A stretch of 64,000 nt of DNA from Vicinamibacteria bacterium (lineage in GTDB: Bacteria; Acidobacteriota; Vicinamibacteria; Marinacidobacterales; Marinacidobacteraceae). Made by a program: the position numbers and the translations under genes. The stretch lies in the NCBI GenBank assembly GCA_964291235.2, contig OZ219816.1, forward strand, positions 288,001 to 352,000. The letters are read 5' to 3'. The notes under the pieces were generated by a model. It had not been told where the DNA came from, did no database searches, and was given only the letters and a program-made list of their open reading frames with translations. Of the stretch, positions 1 through 10,879 are shown piece by piece; the first letter of the stretch is position 1, and every line of letters begins with the position of its first letter.

Positions 1-1359
<1,359 letters not shown>

Positions 1360-1385
1360 GCGGCAGAGGGTCCTTGCTACCGGCC

Positions 1386-1458
1386 GGGCCCATAGCTCAG
1401 TGGTCAGAGCGGCCGGCTCATAACCGGTTGGTCCCAGGTTCAAGTCCTGGTGGGCCCA
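1386..1458 (+). tRNA. tRNA with CAT anticodon, probably tRNA-Ile2 (lysidine-modified)
   Basis: Cloverleaf GGGCCCA/TGGGCCC acceptor, TAGCTCAGTGG D-arm, CTCATAA loop, GTTCAAGTC T-loop; paired G1-C72 and C4/C5 fit Ile2; full CCA not encoded. Confidence 0.9.
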
Positions 1459-1540
1459 CCGGCCGGGCTTTCGGCAGGGTCCGCGCCGGCGCCAGAAGAA
1501 CCGGCGGCGGACTCGGTACTCGCGTCACCCGCCCCAAGGT

Positions 1541-2275
1541 TTGCTGAGCGTGCTTCCCGAGCTCTCAACGCTCCGGGAGGTCCAGGGACTGGATGTGCGG
1601 CTGGCGGCCCATGATCGGGAACTCGCCCGGGTTCCCGGCGCCCTGGCGGGCATCGACGGCGAGATCGAGGCGGCGAAGGCCCACGTGAAGGCGGTCGAGG
1701 AAGAACTTCGGGAGACCGCGGCCGAGCGCCGGCGGGCGGAGACCGACCTCGAAGATGCCGAGGCGAACGTGGAAAAGTACAACGACCAGTTGCTCGGAGC
1801 TCGCAGCAACGACGAGTACAAGGGCCTGCAAAAGCAGATCGAGAACACGAAGACGAGAATCGGAACGATCGAGGATCAGATCCTGGCCCTGATGGAAAAG
1901 GCCGACGAGCTGGACAAGACGCTCGCCGACCACAAACGGACGTTTTCGGAGCGCAGCGCCGTACTGGAGGTCCGCAAGACCGATATCCGGTCCCAGGCCA
2001 GACAGAAGGAAGAGCAGCGGAATCAGCTTCGCAAGCGGCGCGCGACGGCCTTCGCCGGTCTTTCCGATGAGATCGCGGCCCGCTACGAGCGACTCCGCGG
2101 GGCGCGGCAGGGGATCGCGGTGGTGCCCGTCCGGGATGAGCGGTGCGCCGGGTGCAACGTGCGGTTGAGGCCCCAGCTCCTCGAGGAAATCCACGCCGGA
2201 CACACGATCCTGGCCTGCGAAACCTGCGCCCGTATCCTGTTCTTCGAACCGGAAGCGCCGGCGAAGTCCGCATGA
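1541..2275 (+). CDS. Coiled-coil protein with C4-type zinc ribbon (DUF164/CT398-like)
   Basis: Long heptad region followed by CAGC...CETCARIL; commonly found downstream of rpoD. Confidence 0.88.
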   Translation: MLSVLPELSTLREVQGLDVRLAAHDRELARVPGALAGIDGEIEAAKAHVKAVEEELRETAAERRRAETDLEDAEANVEKYNDQLLGARSNDEYKGLQKQIENTKTRIGTIEDQILALMEKADELDKTLADHKRTFSERSAVLEVRKTDIRSQARQKEEQRNQLRKRRATAFAGLSDEIAARYERLRGARQGIAVVPVRDERCAGCNVRLRPQLLEEIHAGHTILACETCARILFFEPEAPAKSA

Positions 2276-3954
2276 GTCGGCTCCTCAGAGAGCGGGCCGA
2301 GAGACGGCGCGCGCGGGAGACCTGGCTCGAGGGGCCGGGCGCCGGTCTCCCCGACCCGGGGAGCCGCGCGGCCGGACTCCGGATCGCCGTCGGCTACCCG
2401 AACCGCTACACCCTCGGAATGTCCAACGTGGGCTTCCAGGCCGTCCACCGGTTCTTCCATCTCCTGCCGGACACGGCGAGCGAGCGGTTCTTCCTGCCCG
2501 ACCGCGCCGAAATGGAGGAGTACCGGAGGACCGGACTTCCCCTGCGCACGCTCGAGAGCGGAAGTCCGGTGCGAGGCTTCGACGTCGTGGCGTTTTCGAT
2601 CACGTTCGAACCCGATGTGGTCCACCTCGTCGAGATGCTGCAACTCGCGGGGATTCCTCCGCTGGCGGCGGACCGCGGCCCCCGGGACCCGCTGGTGATC
2701 GCCGGTGGCCCGGTGACCTTCCTGAACCCGGAGCCGCTCGCTCCGTTCGTGGACGCGTTCGGCGTCGGGGAGGCGGAGGCCCTTCTTCCGGCATTCACCG
2801 ACATTCTCCGGGCCGGCACCCGGGAGGAACGCCTCCACGGCCTGGCCGCGGAGTCGGGGTTTTACGTGCCGGCCACCCACGAGGTCGAATACACCCCCGA
2901 GGGGCGGGTGGTCCGCCGGCGGATCGAGGGCGCGCCCCCGGTGGTGCGGGCCCGCATGGGCAAGGACGCCCGGTTCCCGCCCCCGGCGACCTACATCCTC
3001 ACCCAGGACACCGAGATGTCGGACAAGTTCCTGGTGGAGGTGTCGCGCGGCTGTCCGACGCTCTGCCGGTTCTGCTGGGCCGGCTACAACTACCTGCCGA
3101 AGCGCTCCTTCGAGGTGGAACAGCTGCTCGCCCTGGCCCGCAGCGCCCGCCCCCACACCGACCGGATCGGCCTGGTTTCGACGGCCGTGGGCGCCCATCG
3201 CGAAATCGTCCCGCTGGTGTCGAACCTCCGGGACCAGGGGTTTCGGGTCAGCGTCTCGTCCATTCGTTTCGAGGACGTGCGGGACGAGTTCGCCCGGCCG
3301 CTCGCGGAGAGCGGGGAACGGACCGTCGCCATCGCGCCGGAGGTGGGCACCGACCGCCTGCGGAAGGCCATCCACAAGCGGGTCACGAATGACGAGATTT
3401 TCGACAAGACAGCGACCCTGCTGGAAGCCGGAGTGGAAAATCTGAAGCTCTACCTGATGGTGGGGCTGCCGGGCGAGACCGATGCGGACGTGGAGGCCAT
3501 CGTCCCGCTGGTGCGCCGGATTCGGGACCTCGTCAGGGCGAAGCGGCGTGGCGGCCGCACCATCGCGAGCGTCAATCCCTTCATTCCCAAGCCGGGAACG
3601 CCCTTCCAGTGGCGTCCGATGGCGCCCCTTCCGGTGCTGCAGGCGCGGCTCCGTTACCTGCAGCGCGAACTGGGAGCGCTCTCCGGAGTCGAAGCACACT
3701 GCAAGTCCCCGCGGATGGAACGTCTCCAGGCGCTGCTGGCGCTCGGCGACCGCCGCCTCGCTCCGGTCATTCTCGCCCTCGCCGAGGGGCGCGGCCTGAA
3801 CCGGAGCCTCAAGGAGGCCGGACTGTCGCTGGACGCCTACCTCTACCGGCGGCGGGAGCTCGACGAAGAACTCCCGTGGAGTTTCCTCGACACCGGGATG
3901 AAGGACAGCCTGCTCAAGGATCAGCTCGCGAAGGCCGACCGCCTGGTGGCGTAG
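2272..3954 (+). CDS. Radical SAM protein with B12-binding-like N-terminal domain
   Basis: CxxxCxxC (RGCPTLCRFC), YPNRYTLGMSNVGFQ, FIPKPGTPFQW; ATGA overlap with upstream gene. Confidence 0.88.
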   Translation: MSRLLRERAERRRARETWLEGPGAGLPDPGSRAAGLRIAVGYPNRYTLGMSNVGFQAVHRFFHLLPDTASERFFLPDRAEMEEYRRTGLPLRTLESGSPVRGFDVVAFSITFEPDVVHLVEMLQLAGIPPLAADRGPRDPLVIAGGPVTFLNPEPLAPFVDAFGVGEAEALLPAFTDILRAGTREERLHGLAAESGFYVPATHEVEYTPEGRVVRRRIEGAPPVVRARMGKDARFPPPATYILTQDTEMSDKFLVEVSRGCPTLCRFCWAGYNYLPKRSFEVEQLLALARSARPHTDRIGLVSTAVGAHREIVPLVSNLRDQGFRVSVSSIRFEDVRDEFARPLAESGERTVAIAPEVGTDRLRKAIHKRVTNDEIFDKTATLLEAGVENLKLYLMVGLPGETDADVEAIVPLVRRIRDLVRAKRRGGRTIASVNPFIPKPGTPFQWRPMAPLPVLQARLRYLQRELGALSGVEAHCKSPRMERLQALLALGDRRLAPVILALAEGRGLNRSLKEAGLSLDAYLYRRRELDEELPWSFLDTGMKDSLLKDQLAKADRLVA

Positions 3955-4516
3955 AGCGGTCCGGGTGGCGTAGAGCGGTCCGGAACCGGGGCCGCCGCCG
4001 GGCTGTTGGTGGACACGCCCCTCCGGTGTCTTGGGATAGGCCCCGATTCCGAACCGCCCGGCGCTACGCGCCGCGAACCGAAACTCCCTCGCGTGCCTCC
4101 GGCACGCCGCGGCGAGTTCCGATTCGTCGTTACCTTCTTGTGAAGGGGGGGCGGGGCCCCCCTTTCACACTTTCCCCCCGGTCACGCCGGCAGCGAACAG
4201 AGTTCGCTGCCATTGTTCTTCTGCCCGTTCGACGAACCGCCATCGAACCTCCCTGAAAGACGATGCGCTGGCCAAATCCTTGAAGCAGAGCTCTCCGTGG
4301 CGTAGAGCGATCCGGAACCGGGGCCGCCGCCGGGCTGTTGGTGGACACGCCCCTCCGGTGTCTTGGGATAGGCCGCGATTCCGAACCGCCCGGCGCTACG
4401 CGCCGCGAACCGAAACTCCCTCGCGTGCCTCCGGCACGCCGCGGCGAGTTCCGATTCGTCATTACCTTCTTGTGAACGGGGGGCGGCGGCCCCCCTTTCA
4501 CACTTTCCCTCCGGTC
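3946..4516. repeat. Two direct copies of a ~220-bp hairpin-rich element (3965-4183, 4297-4516) plus an extra 19-bp 5' end copy at 3946
   Basis: Near-identical sequence starting GTGGCGTAGAGCG; internal palindromes GCGTGCC-TCC-GGCACGC and GTGAA-G-rich/C-rich-TTCAC. Confidence 0.92.
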
Positions 4517-5342
4517 TTGAAGCGGAATTCCCAGCCGCTGGCCCTGCCGCCACCACGACCGACCAGTTCCGGCCCACTCCCGGGCCTTCGCGCCGGTAGG
4601 AGTGAAACGCCGGCTGGCAGCGGGTGCAGAGCCCGGCGTCCCGGATCGACTCCTCCCGGAGTCCCGCCGCCAGGAGCTGGAGACGGTTCGCCAGCGGCAA
4701 GTCCAGGTGCGGCCGTTCCCGGTCTGGCGGATGGATCGCGAACCGTCCCACGTCGTGCCCGCTCCCTGCAAACGCGGACACCACCTCGGGGCCGACCTCG
4801 AAGCAACAGGCCCCGATAGACGGACCGATGACGGCGGCCAGGCGGGAGGCCGGCGCGCCCGCCTCGGCGGCGAGGGCGCGTGCGGCCTTTTCGACAACCC
4901 GGACCACCGTGCCGCGCCAACCGGCGTGCGCTCCCGCCACCGCACCGGTCACCGGGTCGGCCAGCAGCACGGGCACGCAGTCCGCGGCCTTGATCGCCGC
5001 GGCGGCGCCGGGAGTCCGGATCACCAGGGCGTCTGCCGCCGGCGGCGCCGAATGGCGCCCCTGAGCCGCCGCCCGGTGCACCCGGTCGCCGTGTACCTGC
5101 CGCAGGGAATGGAGGACCGGCGCGCCGACCGCACGTTCCAGAAGTTCGAGATCGGCGTCGGACTGGTCCCGGAGTCCGAACGACAAAGCGTCCCGCTGCC
5201 GGCCTCGGACCCGGGAGGTAAACCCGTGGGTGGCCGGAAAGTGCTCCGAGGCAAGCGCTTCCAGCGGTTCCTCGGACCCCAGGTTCACCCAACGGAAGCC
5301 GGCGGGGAGAACAGGGAAGCGGAGCGGAGCGCGGTGTGTCAA
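4182..5342 (-). CDS. pgeF: Peptidoglycan editing factor PgeF/YfiH (ORF reads through a repeat at its 3' end)
   Basis: QVHG, ADCVPVLL, AHAGWRG, GPSIGACCFEVG, FHSYRR; located after ftsZ. Confidence 0.9.
   Translation of the reverse strand: MTHRAPLRFPVLPAGFRWVNLGSEEPLEALASEHFPATHGFTSRVRGRQRDALSFGLRDQSDADLELLERAVGAPVLHSLRQVHGDRVHRAAAQGRHSAPPAADALVIRTPGAAAAIKAADCVPVLLADPVTGAVAGAHAGWRGTVVRVVEKAARALAAEAGAPASRLAAVIGPSIGACCFEVGPEVVSAFAGSGHDVGRFAIHPPDRERPHLDLPLANRLQLLAAGLREESIRDAGLCTRCQPAFHSYRREGPGVGRNWSVVVAAGPAAGNSASRPEGKCERGAAAPRSQEGNDESELAAACRRHAREFRFAARSAGRFGIAAYPKTPEGRVHQQPGGGPGSGSLYATESSASRIWPAHRLSGRFDGGSSNGQKNNGSELCSLPA
4189..4221 (+). terminator. Possible intrinsic terminator
   Basis: Perfect 10-bp stem GGCAGCGAAC-AGA-GTTCGCTGCC followed by ATTGTTCTTC. 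Confidence 0.4.
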
Positions 5343-5381
5343 GGCGGCCGAATCAGCAGCGCCGTTTGGCGGACCGATGTC

Positions 5382-5426
5382 TCGCCCCCCTCGCGGGGGG
5401 CGATGCCGGCCAGCAGCCGGCGGTCC
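5382..5426 (-). repeat. Single REP-like double hairpin
   Basis: Minus strand GGACCGCCGGC-TGCTG-GCCGGCAT followed by CGCCCCCC-GCGA-GGGGGGCG. Confidence 0.65.
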
Positions 5427-5451
5427 TCTTTGTGCCGCGCGTTACCCAACC

Positions 5452-7167
5452 CTACTGCCGGCGGTGGAGGTAGGGAGGGGTCTCGAGGTCGCCCCACCGG
5501 TCGTCGCCCACATCCTCCGGAAGCGACATGGGCTCATCGATTTCCGGTTGCGGGCGGGAAACCCCGGGAGACCTGACCTCGCCGAGCGCATCGCCCGGTC
5601 CGCCTGCGCTCGCCTTGGCCTCCACCCGGTTCGGGTCGGAGGCAGCGATCGTCGGGAAGGTATCCAGTTTCGGGATCGTTCGACCGACCGGCCGGGCGGA
5701 GGTCCGATCGGCCGCTTCCGAACCGGGTCGAGCGGATGCGGGGGCTGTATTCAGGGATCCAAAGACCCCCGTCGAGCGGGTGGTGTAACTGGCGAAGTCG
5801 TTCGGGGTCGCATTCGCCCGGTTCTGGTCGGGAAGCCCGGTAGCCACCACCGTCACCTTGATCTCTCCCGTCTCGTCCATCGCCGGATCGAGCGCGGTGC
5901 CGATCAGGATGTTGTCCCCCGGTTCGGCGTCCGGCGACCCGTAGATCCCCGTCCCCTCGGGGGCCACCGCGTCGCGGACGACCTGGACCGCGCGCTGCAC
6001 CTCGTTCAGCGTGAGCGTCTCGCCTCCGGTGACGTTCACGATGATGCTCGTTGCGCCCTGGATCGAGGTGTCCTCGAGGAGCGGCGACGAGATCGCCAGT
6101 TCGGTGGCTTCCTCGACGCGTCTTTCACCCGTGGCCACTCCGATGCCCATCACTGCCGCCCCGCGCGACCGCATGGCGGAACGGACATCGGCGAAGTCCA
6201 GGTTGATCACTCCCGGAATCTGGATCAGGTCCGAAATCCCCTGAACGGCCTGGCGCACCACGTCGTCGGCGCTCCGGAAGGCTTCGCCGATCTTGAGGTT
6301 GCCATACACCTCGACCACGCGGTCGTTGGGAACGCAGATGAGGGTGTCCACGAACTCCCGGAGCTCCCGGATCCCGTCGTTGGCAGTGTTTCGCCGGTGC
6401 TTGCCTTCGACGGTCATCGGCTTGGTCGCTACCGCGATGCAGAGGGCCTTGATCTCCTGGGCCACGCAGGCGATCACCGGCGCCGCGCCGGTGCCTGTCC
6501 CTCCGCCTTCGCCCACGGTGATGAAGACCATGTCGGCGCCGGTCAGCACCGTGATGAGATGGTTGATGTCGTCCCGGGCCGCCAACCTCCCCACTTCCGG
6601 ATCGCCGCCACAGCCGAGCCCGCCGGTGCGCTCGGCCCCCAACTGAATCTTCACGGGAGCCTTGGACAGCTCGAGTACCTGGGCGTCGGTGTTCGCGGCG
6701 ATGAACTCGACACCGGTGACCCCGGCTTCGATCATCCGATTGACCGCGTTGCCACCACCGCCGCCGACGCCGATGACCTTGATGATGGCCCGCCTTTCGG
6801 TCACGTCGTCGAACGCCGCGGGCGGCGGTTCCTCCGTCGTGACCGGGAGGTCATCGCTGGACGCCGCCGCTTCCGGCGCGGTCGCCGGGGTTTCCTGGGC
6901 AGCGGCTGGCTCCTCTACCGCGGCCGGCATCTCTACCGCGGCTGGCGGCTGGTCCGCCGGGGACGCGGCCGTCTCCGGGGCCGCCGGTTCCCCGGCGTTG
7001 TCGTTGCCGACCACCTCCGCGCTGGCAAAAAGCGCCGGCTGCGCGGCAGCCGGGGCCTTCGCCGCCGTTTCCGGCGATGACTTCACGGGTGCGGACGCCT
7101 CCGCTTCCTTGGGGCCGGCTTCGGGGGCGCTGGCCTTCGGCGTCGTCTCTTCGTCGAAAAAGATCAT
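5452..7167 (-). CDS. ftsZ: Cell division protein FtsZ with long acidic N-terminal insert
   Basis: IKVIGVGGGGGNAVNRM, GGGTGTG, INLDFADV, C-terminal DLETPPYLHRRQ; AAGGAG RBS. Confidence 0.97.
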   Translation of the reverse strand: MIFFDEETTPKASAPEAGPKEAEASAPVKSSPETAAKAPAAAQPALFASAEVVGNDNAGEPAAPETAASPADQPPAAVEMPAAVEEPAAAQETPATAPEAAASSDDLPVTTEEPPPAAFDDVTERRAIIKVIGVGGGGGNAVNRMIEAGVTGVEFIAANTDAQVLELSKAPVKIQLGAERTGGLGCGGDPEVGRLAARDDINHLITVLTGADMVFITVGEGGGTGTGAAPVIACVAQEIKALCIAVATKPMTVEGKHRRNTANDGIRELREFVDTLICVPNDRVVEVYGNLKIGEAFRSADDVVRQAVQGISDLIQIPGVINLDFADVRSAMRSRGAAVMGIGVATGERRVEEATELAISSPLLEDTSIQGATSIIVNVTGGETLTLNEVQRAVQVVRDAVAPEGTGIYGSPDAEPGDNILIGTALDPAMDETGEIKVTVVATGLPDQNRANATPNDFASYTTRSTGVFGSLNTAPASARPGSEAADRTSARPVGRTIPKLDTFPTIAASDPNRVEAKASAGGPGDALGEVRSPGVSRPQPEIDEPMSLPEDVGDDRWGDLETPPYLHRRQ

Positions 7168-7267
7168 GGGGTGGCTCCTTGTCGTGGGGATCGATGCGGG
7201 GCGCGCCCCCGGGCCTGGTGGTTCGAGGGACTCGGTCCACCGGTGCCCGGGAGCGCTGGGAGAGATT

Positions 7268-8554
7268 TCATCGTGCTTGGCGGAGGTGATCGGTGACCCA
7301 CCTCAGGCCGTTGCTGATGGCGCGGCCCACCTCGGAGAGGGGGAACCGCGACGCGGTTTGCGGCATGCGCTGGCGCTGGACGAGGCCGTAGCGGCAAAGG
7401 CCCATGGCGCAGGTGAAATCGGCGCGGGTCGCGAGGTCGCGCCGCCCGACCACGTGCCGGGGGCCGCGGCTCTCGACGTCGGCGTGGAAGACGAGTTGCG
7501 CAACATCGCTCAGTCCGTCGAGGTTCGCGCCGCCTCCGGTGAGCACCAGGTTCTCCGGCATCTCCTGGAGGACGGTGCGCAACTGGTCCCGGATCTTGTT
7601 GAGATCACTCTCGGCGCGCCGTTGCAGAACCTCGGCGAGCAGCCGGCGGCGCCACTGCTTCGGGTACCCGCCGCCCGAGACCTGGATTTCGAAATAGTCG
7701 TCCTCGGGGACCTTTTCCACGAGGGCGACCCCATGGCGGCGCTTCGCCTGCTCGGCGTGTGCGTGCGACGTCTTCAGGCCAAGAGCGAGGTCGCGGGTAT
7801 AGGCCCGCGCCCCACTCGGCATCAGGTCCGAGTGCCACAGCACGCCGTGCCGGAACACCGCGATGTCGGTGGTCATGGCCCCGATGTCCAAAACGACAGC
7901 CCCGGTCTTCCATTCGTCCTGGTCCAGAACCCCGTAGCCGGTGGCCAGCGGGGCGGCCACCAGGCCCTCCACGCGGATGCCGGCTCCGTTCACCGCCTCT
8001 TCCAGATGGTGGAGGGTGGCGCGCGGGCAACTGATCAGGTGAACCAGGGACTTGATCGTCTCGCCCGTCCAGCCGATCGGATCGCCGGTGGCATCGAGGT
8101 CGTCCACCCAGAATTCCTGCGGCAGCGCGTGCAGCAGTTCGTACGGAGGCCGGAGCCAGGCCGTGCCTCCATCGCGGGGAACCGCCGACATCACGGCCCG
8201 ATCGACGTCGGACTTCCCGATCCGGCGCCGTGGATCCAGCACGGTGATCATGCCCGAGGAATTGATGCTGCGGCGCGTCCTGCTGCCCACCGAGACAAAG
8301 GCTGACCCGACGTCCACGCCCGCCGTCTGTTCGACCTCCTCGACCGCCTGGCGCACGGCTTCGGTGACCCCTCCCAGCCGGACGACCTCTCCGTACTGGA
8401 CCGAGTTCCGCGACTCCGCGTGACCGACGGCGAGCACCTCGAGTTCCAGCGCCTCCTCGGTCCCGGAAGGAACCTCGGGTTCGCGGGCGAGCACGGTGCG
8501 CACCTGATCGGATCCGATATCAATGCCGCAGAGCAGATCCGTCGGCCTCGTCAT
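7268..8554 (-). CDS. ftsA: Cell division protein FtsA
   Basis: GIDIGS, VVLDIGAMTTDIAVF, VLTGGGANL; start coupled to ftsQ stop. Confidence 0.95.
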   Translation of the reverse strand: MTRPTDLLCGIDIGSDQVRTVLAREPEVPSGTEEALELEVLAVGHAESRNSVQYGEVVRLGGVTEAVRQAVEEVEQTAGVDVGSAFVSVGSRTRRSINSSGMITVLDPRRRIGKSDVDRAVMSAVPRDGGTAWLRPPYELLHALPQEFWVDDLDATGDPIGWTGETIKSLVHLISCPRATLHHLEEAVNGAGIRVEGLVAAPLATGYGVLDQDEWKTGAVVLDIGAMTTDIAVFRHGVLWHSDLMPSGARAYTRDLALGLKTSHAHAEQAKRRHGVALVEKVPEDDYFEIQVSGGGYPKQWRRRLLAEVLQRRAESDLNKIRDQLRTVLQEMPENLVLTGGGANLDGLSDVAQLVFHADVESRGPRHVVGRRDLATRADFTCAMGLCRYGLVQRQRMPQTASRFPLSEVGRAISNGLRWVTDHLRQAR

Positions 8555-9432
8555 TGGGTGTGTCCTTCCGCGGGGTGGACCCGCAGGTCTGGCGGCGCTG
8601 CCGCCGGCTGGGTACGAACGAGAAACCGGTCCGGGACGCGGGCGTCCACCCGGACGAGGTCCGGCCAGCGCTCGATCAGGTCCGGCAGGTGGCGGGCTAC
8701 CCGGTCCAGGCCTTCCACAAAGTCCCGCTCGGTCAACAAGACGGGCAGCGGCGGCGACCTGAGGACCACCCGTAACCGGTAGGGACCGCCGCTCACGTCC
8801 ACCTCCGAAACGCGCCGGTCCAGGTCGGGACGGCCGCGCAGCGCCGTCCCCAGCCGGCCGGCCAGAGCGGCACGGGCTCCGACATCCACGCCCGCAGGAC
8901 CCGCGCCACGGACGAGCACCAGATCGGGAGCGCCGGCCCACACCAGGTCCGCGGCGGTCGCCGGCCCGAGGACGGTTCCATCGGCGGCCAGGGCGGCGGG
9001 CGGCTCCCAGTCCAGAAAAGCCACCGCCCGTTTCTCCTCGACGTCCACCACCAAGTTCCCCGGGAGCATCCGCTCCACGGACGCGTGCTCCAACAGTCCG
9101 GTCGCCAGGAGGCGGCTGCGAATCTCCGCCGCGTCGGCGAGCAGGTTGCCGGATCCTGAAATCTCCAGGCCCGGCAGGGCCGCCAGGTGACCCGCCCCGC
9201 GGATCCGCAGTTCCGTCGGCGCGGTCTCGGACACCGGACGCGCCGATTCCACGGCGGTCATCCTGCCGACCACCACCCCGATGGCGAGGCTGAGCCCGAT
9301 GGACCCGACGGCGATGCGGACCACGAGCCGCGGCAACGGGGTTCTGGGGACCGGCGGCGCCACCAGGCGCGGGTCCTCATCGGCGGATGGCGGCTTGCGT
9401 TTCTCGAACCGCGGGGGCATCTCCACCGGCAT
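8551..9432 (-). CDS. ftsQ: Cell division protein FtsQ/DivIB
   Basis: Single TM, POTRA-like ASVERMLPGNLVVDVEEK, C-terminal VDARVPDRFLVR; operon position. Confidence 0.8.
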   Translation of the reverse strand: MPVEMPPRFEKRKPPSADEDPRLVAPPVPRTPLPRLVVRIAVGSIGLSLAIGVVVGRMTAVESARPVSETAPTELRIRGAGHLAALPGLEISGSGNLLADAAEIRSRLLATGLLEHASVERMLPGNLVVDVEEKRAVAFLDWEPPAALAADGTVLGPATAADLVWAGAPDLVLVRGAGPAGVDVGARAALAGRLGTALRGRPDLDRRVSEVDVSGGPYRLRVVLRSPPLPVLLTERDFVEGLDRVARHLPDLIERWPDLVRVDARVPDRFLVRTQPAAAPPDLRVHPAEGHTQ

Positions 9433-9454
9433 CGAATCCGGCCTCCCCCGCCCG

Positions 9455-10879
9455 CTACGCCACCAGTTCACGGAGCACCTCCTGCAACAGGTCCGGAAGT
9501 CGGGTGATGCTTCCCGCGCCCAGCGTGAGCACGACGTCACCGGGGCGAAGGTCGGGGCCGAGGCGGTTCGCAACCTCGTCCAGGGAGCCGAGGAACCGGG
9601 CGTCGGGGTGTCCCGCGCGCCGGATTCCCTCGGCGAGCCCCGCACCGTCCACCCCCGGAATCGGCGTCTCTCCCGCGGGATAGATGTCCGTGACCACCAC
9701 GATGTCCGCGGCGCTGAAACAGCGGCAGAACTCCTCGTGCAGGTCGCGCACCCGGGTGTACCGGTGCGGCTGGAAGACCGCCACCGTCCGCGCGGAAAAC
9801 GCCGCCCGAGCGGCGTCCAGAGTCTCCGATATCTCGGTCGGATGGTGGGCGTAGTCGTCCACGATGCGCACTCCGCCCACCGTGCCGCGGCGCTGGAAGC
9901 GTCGCTCGACGCCGGTAAACGCCTCGAGACCCTCGCGGATGGCCGGGGTGCCGAGCCCGAACTCGAGTCCCACCGCGGCCGCCGCCAGGCTGTTGAGGAC
10001 CGCCGTCCGGCCCGGCTGACGGAGCCGGACCGCACCGGCGAGCCCGCCCCGGATCCGCAGTTCGTAGCGGGCGCCGTCCTCCGAAAAGGAGATCCCCTCG
10101 GCCGAAACCTCGGCCTCCGGAGACAGCCCGTAGGTGATGACGCGGCGGCGAATGCGCGGCAACAACGACCTTACGTGTTCCCCGTCGATGCACACGATCG
10201 CGCCCCCGTAGAACGGAGTCATGTTGATGAACCGCACGAAGGAATCGACGAGATCGTCCATCCCCTCGTAGGCGTCGAGATGTTCGCGGTCGATTCCCGT
10301 GACCACCGCCAACACCGGGAGCAGCCGCAGGAAGGTGCGGTCCGATTCGTCGGCCTCCGCCACCAGGATTTCCGACTTCCCGACGCGAGCTCCGCCGCCG
10401 ATGGTCGCCACCCGGCCCCCGATCACCATCGTCGGGTCAAGACCGGCGTGATCGAGCAGAACGGCGATCATCGAGGTCGTCGTGGTCTTTCCGTGCGACC
10501 CCGCGACGGCCACCGCGAACTTCATCCGCATCAGCTCGGCGAGCATCTCGGCCCGGGGAATGATCGGGAGCTGCCGCTCCCGCGCCGCCGCCACCTCGGG
10601 GTTGTCCGCGGGCACGGCCGAGGAAATGACCACCACGTCGGCGTTTTCCACCTGCTCGGCCGCGTGTCCCTCAAAAACGAGAGCGCCGAATTCGGCCAGC
10701 CGCCGGACGCTCGCCCCCATCCGCAGGTCGGAACCGCTCACCCGGTAACCGAGGTTCAGCAGCACTTCCGCGATGCCGCTCATCCCCACGCCGCCGATGC
10801 CGACGAAGTGCACCCGGGTCCTCTTGGAAAACAGGAGCCCGCTCTCGGCGCCGGAGGAGAACCTCGAAACGCGGTTCAT
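9455..10879 (-). CDS. murC: UDP-N-acetylmuramate--L-alanine ligase
   Basis: HFVGIGGVGMSGIA, GSHGKTTTT, EADESD, DDYAHHPTE, FQPHRYTR. Confidence 0.97.
   Translation of the reverse strand: MNRVSRFSSGAESGLLFSKRTRVHFVGIGGVGMSGIAEVLLNLGYRVSGSDLRMGASVRRLAEFGALVFEGHAAEQVENADVVVISSAVPADNPEVAAARERQLPIIPRAEMLAELMRMKFAVAVAGSHGKTTTTSMIAVLLDHAGLDPTMVIGGRVATIGGGARVGKSEILVAEADESDRTFLRLLPVLAVVTGIDREHLDAYEGMDDLVDSFVRFINMTPFYGGAIVCIDGEHVRSLLPRIRRRVITYGLSPEAEVSAEGISFSEDGARYELRIRGGLAGAVRLRQPGRTAVLNSLAAAAVGLEFGLGTPAIREGLEAFTGVERRFQRRGTVGGVRIVDDYAHHPTEISETLDAARAAFSARTVAVFQPHRYTRVRDLHEEFCRCFSAADIVVVTDIYPAGETPIPGVDGAGLAEGIRRAGHPDARFLGSLDEVANRLGPDLRPGDVVLTLGAGSITRLPDLLQEVLRELVA

Noticed and set aside
1386-1458. Initiator tRNA-fMet or tRNA integration site
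   Set aside because: The first base pair is matched and the anticodon stem lacks three consecutive G-C pairs; no duplicated tRNA 3' end or integrase was noticed
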